DNA from: Rhizophagus irregularis
Taxonomy: Eukaryota
Reading direction: 5' to 3'
DNA: 64,000 nucleotides
NCBI RefSeq assembly: GCF_026210795.1
Contig: NC_089431.1
Coordinates: 4,712,001-4,776,000 of the forward strand
Shown: one piece after another, positions 58,724-64,000 of the stretch
How positions within the stretch are numbered: position 1 is the stretch's first letter
Layout: each line of letters opens with the position of its first letter
Notes under the pieces: generated by a model
Told to the model about the DNA's origin: nothing
What the model saw: the letters and a program-made list of their open reading frames with translations, nothing else
Databases searched by the model: none
Made by a program: the position numbers and the translations under genes

Positions 58724-59043
58724 TAGTAGATCATTTTCCGCAGCAGGCGCAGCAAATTTAACATTCAGCTAGCTTAATCCGCATTAGTCACATTTTTTTT
58801 TAAAGAAGCAAAAATGACTAAAGATTATTAACTTAATTTTACCCGAATTATTATAATAAATAGTTAGTCAACATAGGCGCAGCAATGTCGAATTAGTAAG
58901 CGGCTAAGCGCTGCGGTTAGTTCTGCGGCAAATGACAAAATATGTAACGTACAATTTTTACAATCATTTGAAATCCCATAATTCTCACTTTTTTTGAATT
59001 TTAATATAAAAAGACATCGTAATGCCTCAAGCTTTTGGTCCTT

Positions 59044-59230
59044 ATCCTCTCTTGCCTATTGGCTAAGATCAAGTGTAGTATCTGTTCTTTTCAGTCTAAT
59101 ATCTGAAACGTTACACACTGTGTAACTTCGATATTAACGAATTTTTGCACTTGGGAAAGAGTCCCTTGGCTTGCCAATACTCTTTCCATGAGTGTCCCTA
59201 GTATTGCACTACTTCTAGGCGACGCTCACA
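59044..59230 (+). ncRNA. U2: U2 snRNA
   Basis: Same motifs as 57138-57324; shares ~300 bp of upstream sequence. Confidence 0.96.
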
Positions 59231-59436
59231 TTCTAAAATTATTAGCGGGTTGGGAAGTGTTTAAGAGTGATTTTTTATTTCTCAAAATATATTATTTCAT
59301 ATTTGTAGGGATCAAGTTTTTTGAAATTACTGATGATCACCAATAACGTGAGTTTTAATTTTTGATCACTTATTTGAAATTACAAAATTTAATTTGTCAC
59401 CATTTAACCGTAATGCCTGTTACTCCGTCAAGAAGT

Positions 59437-62400
59437 TATGGCAAGCCGAGTTGGACTAGGTGAAAAATCAAGCTGATGTTTTATCTGTATGTGCTTTATG
59501 TTTTTTATTCATCTGTGCTTGATATTTTTGTACGTCTGTGCTTGATGTTTTTGTCCAACTGTGTTTGATTTAATCCAACTATACTCGATAATTTTATCTT
59601 TGTCAAAAATTAGTTTCTTTGTCAGTACAGGGTTCGATCACATGTTTTAAGTTTAGTGTAGTTTTAAAAAATTTTTTTTTTAAATTTTACACGAATAATT
59701 TTTTTTTTATTGGCTTTTTTTTATAAACAAATTTTGTAGAGAATTTTTATTTTTAATATAGGCAAAGGCTTTGTTTGATAGAATTTCTTTGGGAACTTTT
59801 TTAATAAAAAGATTTTTTTTGATAAAAAATTTCTTTGGAAAATTTTTTTCATTGATAGGGACATTTCTGAGTTATTTTTTGATGGATAATTTCGTTAAAA
59901 AACTTTTATTTGATAGAAATTTCATTGGAGAATTTTTTTAATGAGATTTTTTTTTGACATATTTAATTTGTTGGAACAATTTTTTTTAATAGGAAAGATT
60001 TAGATAATTTCGTTAGAAAATTTTTTTAACAAGTGAGATTTTTTTTGATAGAGTTTCGTTTAAGAATTTTTTTTTAATAGGAGGGAGTTTTCCTTGATAA
60101 AGAATTTCTTTTGTGAATTTTTTTAATAGATGAAAGTATTTTTTGACGGAGAATTTCATTAAAGAATTTTTCTTTAACAGATTTCGCTGAGAATTTTTTT
60201 TCAATAGGTAAGATTTTTTTTTTTTTGATAGATCATTTCGTTAGTGTAAATTTTTTCAACAGAGGAGATTTTTTTTAGATAGAGAATTTCGGTAAAGTTT
60301 TTTTTTTAATAGGAGAGAGAATTTTTATTTGATATAGAAATTCTTTTGAGAATTTTTTTTAATAGGTTGAATTTTTTTTTAATCGGGGATATTTTTTTTT
60401 GATTGAGAATTTTATTAGAGAATTGTTTGTTGAAAATTTTTTTATTTTTTTGATGGAGAATTTTGTTTAGAAATCTTAATAGAAAATTTTATTGAAAATA
60501 GTTTTTTTTAATAAGTGTATGGCTTTAAATTTTTTTTTTAATAAAGTATTTCATTATAGATCTTTTTTTTTATAAAAAATTGATTGAAAATTTATTGGAA
60601 AATTTTTTATTAAATTTTAAAATTTTAATAAATTTTTACTCCTCTTCATCTTCCCATCACTTCTTTTCGTCTCCCGTCACTCCTTTTCGTCTCCCATCAC
60701 TCCTTTTTATCTCTCATCACTCCTCTTCGTCTCGTCTCCCATCACTATTTTCGTCTCCCATTACTCTTTTTCATCTCTTATCATGTCCTATTTCTCCTTT
60801 TTGTTTCCTATCACTCTTTTTTACTCCCTTTCATCTTCTATTACTTTCCATTACTCCATTGTTATTTCATTTTTATTTTTTATTAGCATCTTTCTCCTTA
60901 ATCATTGCAATTTACTTATCTTTTTTTTTATTATTATTGTTTCTTTTATTTGTACACTTCAATAAAAATAAATATGGTGATTTTTTTCTTTAAAATCGTA
61001 AATGCGTGACTTAAATTTTAATATTTGCAAATAAAATTTTATTAAATAAGATTATTTTGAATAAATATGTTTGCAAAAGAATTTTTTTTAAAAATATCTT
61101 TTGCAATAATAACCGATAAAATAAATACTAGATACATATGACATATTTGAAAAAAAAAACCCAGGCGATGATCGCCCAGGCGACGTTTAGCAATTAGCAA
61201 TCTCCAATTTTTATTTATATATATTAAAAGTATTTAAAATAGTAGATTTTCAAAAAATGTTTTATGCCAATTATTTTATATTATTGATGATAAAAAGAAA
61301 AAACACTTCAAACAAATTTCTGCTATATATATTTTTTTAAAGTTAACATTATTTTAAAAACTTTTTAATTTATGTTATATATGAATATTATATTTATATG
61401 ATTATAAAAGGTCTATTTGGGTTGTCTTTATTTCTTTTGTATAACTGATCGTTCAAAACAATAAAATATCGAGCTTTTCTTTTTATTGAATTCTGATGTT
61501 TTTTCGTAATGTCTGTTGGTAATGATAAGTCCGTTAAAAATCGTGTTAGTGAATAATATGTGGTGGTATCCATTTCGTTAAGTCAAAGATGGGAAATCCG
61601 TAAAGAGGTGTCAAAAAAGGCGTATATAATAAGAAATTCGTAAAAAAATTTTTAAAGAAATTAAAAAAATATCAAAATTAAAAAAAAAATGTTAAAAATT
61701 AGTTAAAAATTGAATCAAAAAATACCAAATTAAAGAAAATTATTAAATAAAGTAAGATAAATAAAAATAAATTCTAGAAACCTGAAATTATTAAAATGAA
61801 ACAAATAAAACAAAAAAAAAAAATTTATTAAAATTGTAAAATTTAATAAATTTTCAATCAATTTTTTAGTAAAAAAAGATCTCTAATGAAATTCTTTAAA
61901 AAAAAAAAAATTCAAGCCAAAATTCTCGATACACTTATTAAAAAAAACTATTTTCAATAAAATTTTCTATTGAGACTTCTAACAAAATTCTCCATCAAAA
62001 AAATAAAAAACTTTTCAACCAACAATTCTCTAATGAAATTCTCAATCAAAAAAAATATCCCCGATTAAGAAAAATTTCTAACGAAAATCTTCCATCAAAA
62101 AACACATTTTCCCTGTTAAAAAAAAATTCAAAGATTCTTACCTATTAAAAAAAATTCTCAAAAGAATTTCTATCAAAAAAAAAAAACTTCCCTCCTATTA
62201 AAAAAACAAAATTCTACCTCTCCTCCGTTAAAAAAATTTACAAATGATCTATCAAAAAAAAATTCTATGATGAAATTTCTATCAAAAAAAAATTCTCAGC
62301 GAAATTATTTATCTTCCTATTAAAGAAAAATTCTTTAATAAAATCCTCTATCAAAAATAATCCCCCTATCAAAAAAAAATTCTCTAATAAAATTCTTCGT

Positions 62401-63174
62401 CAAAAATTACTTTCACCTATTAAAAAAATTCCCAAAAGAAATTCTTTATCAAGGAAAACTCCCTCCTATTAAAAAAAAAATTTTTAACGAAATTCTCTAT
62501 CAAAAAAAAAAAATCTCATTTGTTAAAAAAATTTCCGACAAAATTATTTTTATCAAGAAAAATCTTTCCTATTAAAAAAATTCTCCAAAAGAATTTTCTA
62601 CAAAAAAAAAAAATTCTCAATGAATTCTCCATCAAAAAAAATCCTGTTAAAAAAAATTGTTCCAACAAATTAGGTATATGTCCAAAAAAAAAATCTTATA
62701 AAAAAAAAATTCTCCAATGAAATTTAAATTTTTTAACGAAATTATCAATTGAAAAAAAAAACTCGGAAATGTCCCTATCAATAAATATTCTCTAACAAAA
62801 TTTTTTATCAAAAAAAAGTCTTTTTATTAAAAAAAAAATTCCAAAAGAATTTTATCAAAAAAAGCCTTTGCTTATGTTAAAATAAAAATTTCTCTACAAA
62901 AATTGGTTTATAAAAAAAAGCCAATAAAATAAAAAAAAAATTCTTCGTGTGCTAAACTTAAAAACAATGTGATTGACAAAATATCACCAAAGAAACTAAT
63001 TTTTGACAAGATAAAATTAAAATCAAATACAGTTGGACAAAAACATTAAGTACAAATAGATAAAACCTCAAGCATAAATACCAATCACGAACAGATCAGA
63101 TAAATATCAAGCGAAAACCAAGGTAAAATGTCAGTCACGGGGTGACATTTTGTCTATTGATTCGGCTTGCCATA
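59437..63174. mobile_element. Foldback-type non-autonomous DNA transposon (~3.7 kb, arms >1 kb)
   Basis: Termini TATGGCAAGCCGA / TCGGCTTGCCATA; T-rich arm ~59700-60640 is the reverse complement of A-rich arm ~61820-62960; candidate 7-bp TSD AAGAAGT/AAAAAGT. Confidence 0.75.
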
Positions 63175-63511
63175 AAAAAGTCACGTAGTAATGTAGTAAA
63201 TCATTTTCCGCAGCAGGCGCAGCAAATTTAACATTCAGCTAGCTTAATCCGCATTAGTCACATTTTTTTTTAAAGCAAAAATGACTAAAGATTATTAACT
63301 TAATTTTACCCGAATTATTATAATAAATAGTTAGTCAACATAGGCGCAGCAATGTCGAATTAGTAAGCGACTAAGCGCTGCGGTTAGTTCTGCGGCAAAT
63401 GACAAAAATTATGTAACGTACAATTTTTACAATCATTTGAAATCCCATAATTCTCACTTTTTTGAATTTTAATATAAAAAGGCATCGTAATGCCCCAAGC
63501 TTTTGGTCCTT

Positions 63512-63698
63512 ATCCTCTCTTGCCTATTGGCTAAGATCAAGTGTAGTATCTGTTCTTTTCAGTCTAATATCTGAAACGTTACACACTGTGTAACTTCGAT
63601 ATTAACGAATTTTTGCACTTGGGAAAGAGTCACTTGGCTTGCCAATACTCTTTCCATGAGTGTCCCTAGTATTGCACTACTTCTAGGCGACGCTCACA
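63512..63698 (+). ncRNA. U2: U2 snRNA
   Basis: Same motifs as the other plus-strand copies. Confidence 0.96.
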
Positions 63699-64000
63699 TT
63701 TTTAAAATTATTAGCGGGTTGGGAAGTGTTTAAGAGTGATTTTTTATTTCTCAAAAAGAAAATATATTATTTCATTTGTAAGGAACAGTTTTTTTGAAAT
63801 TACTGGCTCAATTCTTTATATTAAAGATTTTTTTATTTTTATTAGTTATTTGCTGTTTATAAATGAATTTTACATTTAATTTAGAACGTTTCACAAGCTG
63901 ATTTACTATTAGACTAATGAACAATTTCTTGTGTTCATACAAATCATATGTTAGCGTAAGCATATCGTTATTTTAAAAAAAGTTTAGTTCGACCATATTT

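Noticed and set aside
58219..62720. Phe-rich or Lys-rich ORFs (58219, 60013, 60580, 60783, 62520)
   Set aside because: Low-complexity T/A tracts inside non-autonomous elements.

Overview
AT-rich eukaryotic DNA, most likely from an arbuscular mycorrhizal fungus (Glomeromycota, Rhizophagus-like). This is inferred from intron style, TKL-type kinase and kinase-Sel1 genes, and the TE types present. The flanks hold two kinase genes, a repeat coiled-coil gene, an AIG1-like GTPase, one 5S rRNA gene, four U2 snRNA genes and many non-autonomous DNA transposons. The centre is a four-level nested insertion with every junction marked by a target-site duplication (TSD). A poly(A)-tailed ORF1-only retroposon (15905-46421, 17-bp TSD) contains a hAT foldback and a Polinton-like element A (17787-44942, 381-bp TIRs, TSD AGAGG). 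Element A contains a second, different Polinton-like element B (27368-42658, ~0.5-kb TIRs, TSD ACAGA) that splits an F-box gene of A in frame, and B contains a hAT MITE. The main novelty candidate is that both elements combine a protein-primed-type DNA polymerase B and a Polinton-type rve integrase with a retrotransposon-like Gag plus retropepsin module. I see no reverse transcriptase, no LTRs and no recognisable jelly-roll capsid. Element A also carries an asfarvirus-type TBP, and many genes share an AATTGAA(G/T)A upstream motif and downstream T-runs, suggesting dependence on a giant-virus transcription system. Separately, the repeat at 1-2700 is an array of ~25 near-identical introns separated by 3-nt micro-exons that together would spell a transmembrane-like segment upstream of a pseudokinase. 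All family assignments come from motif recognition by eye; no searches were run.
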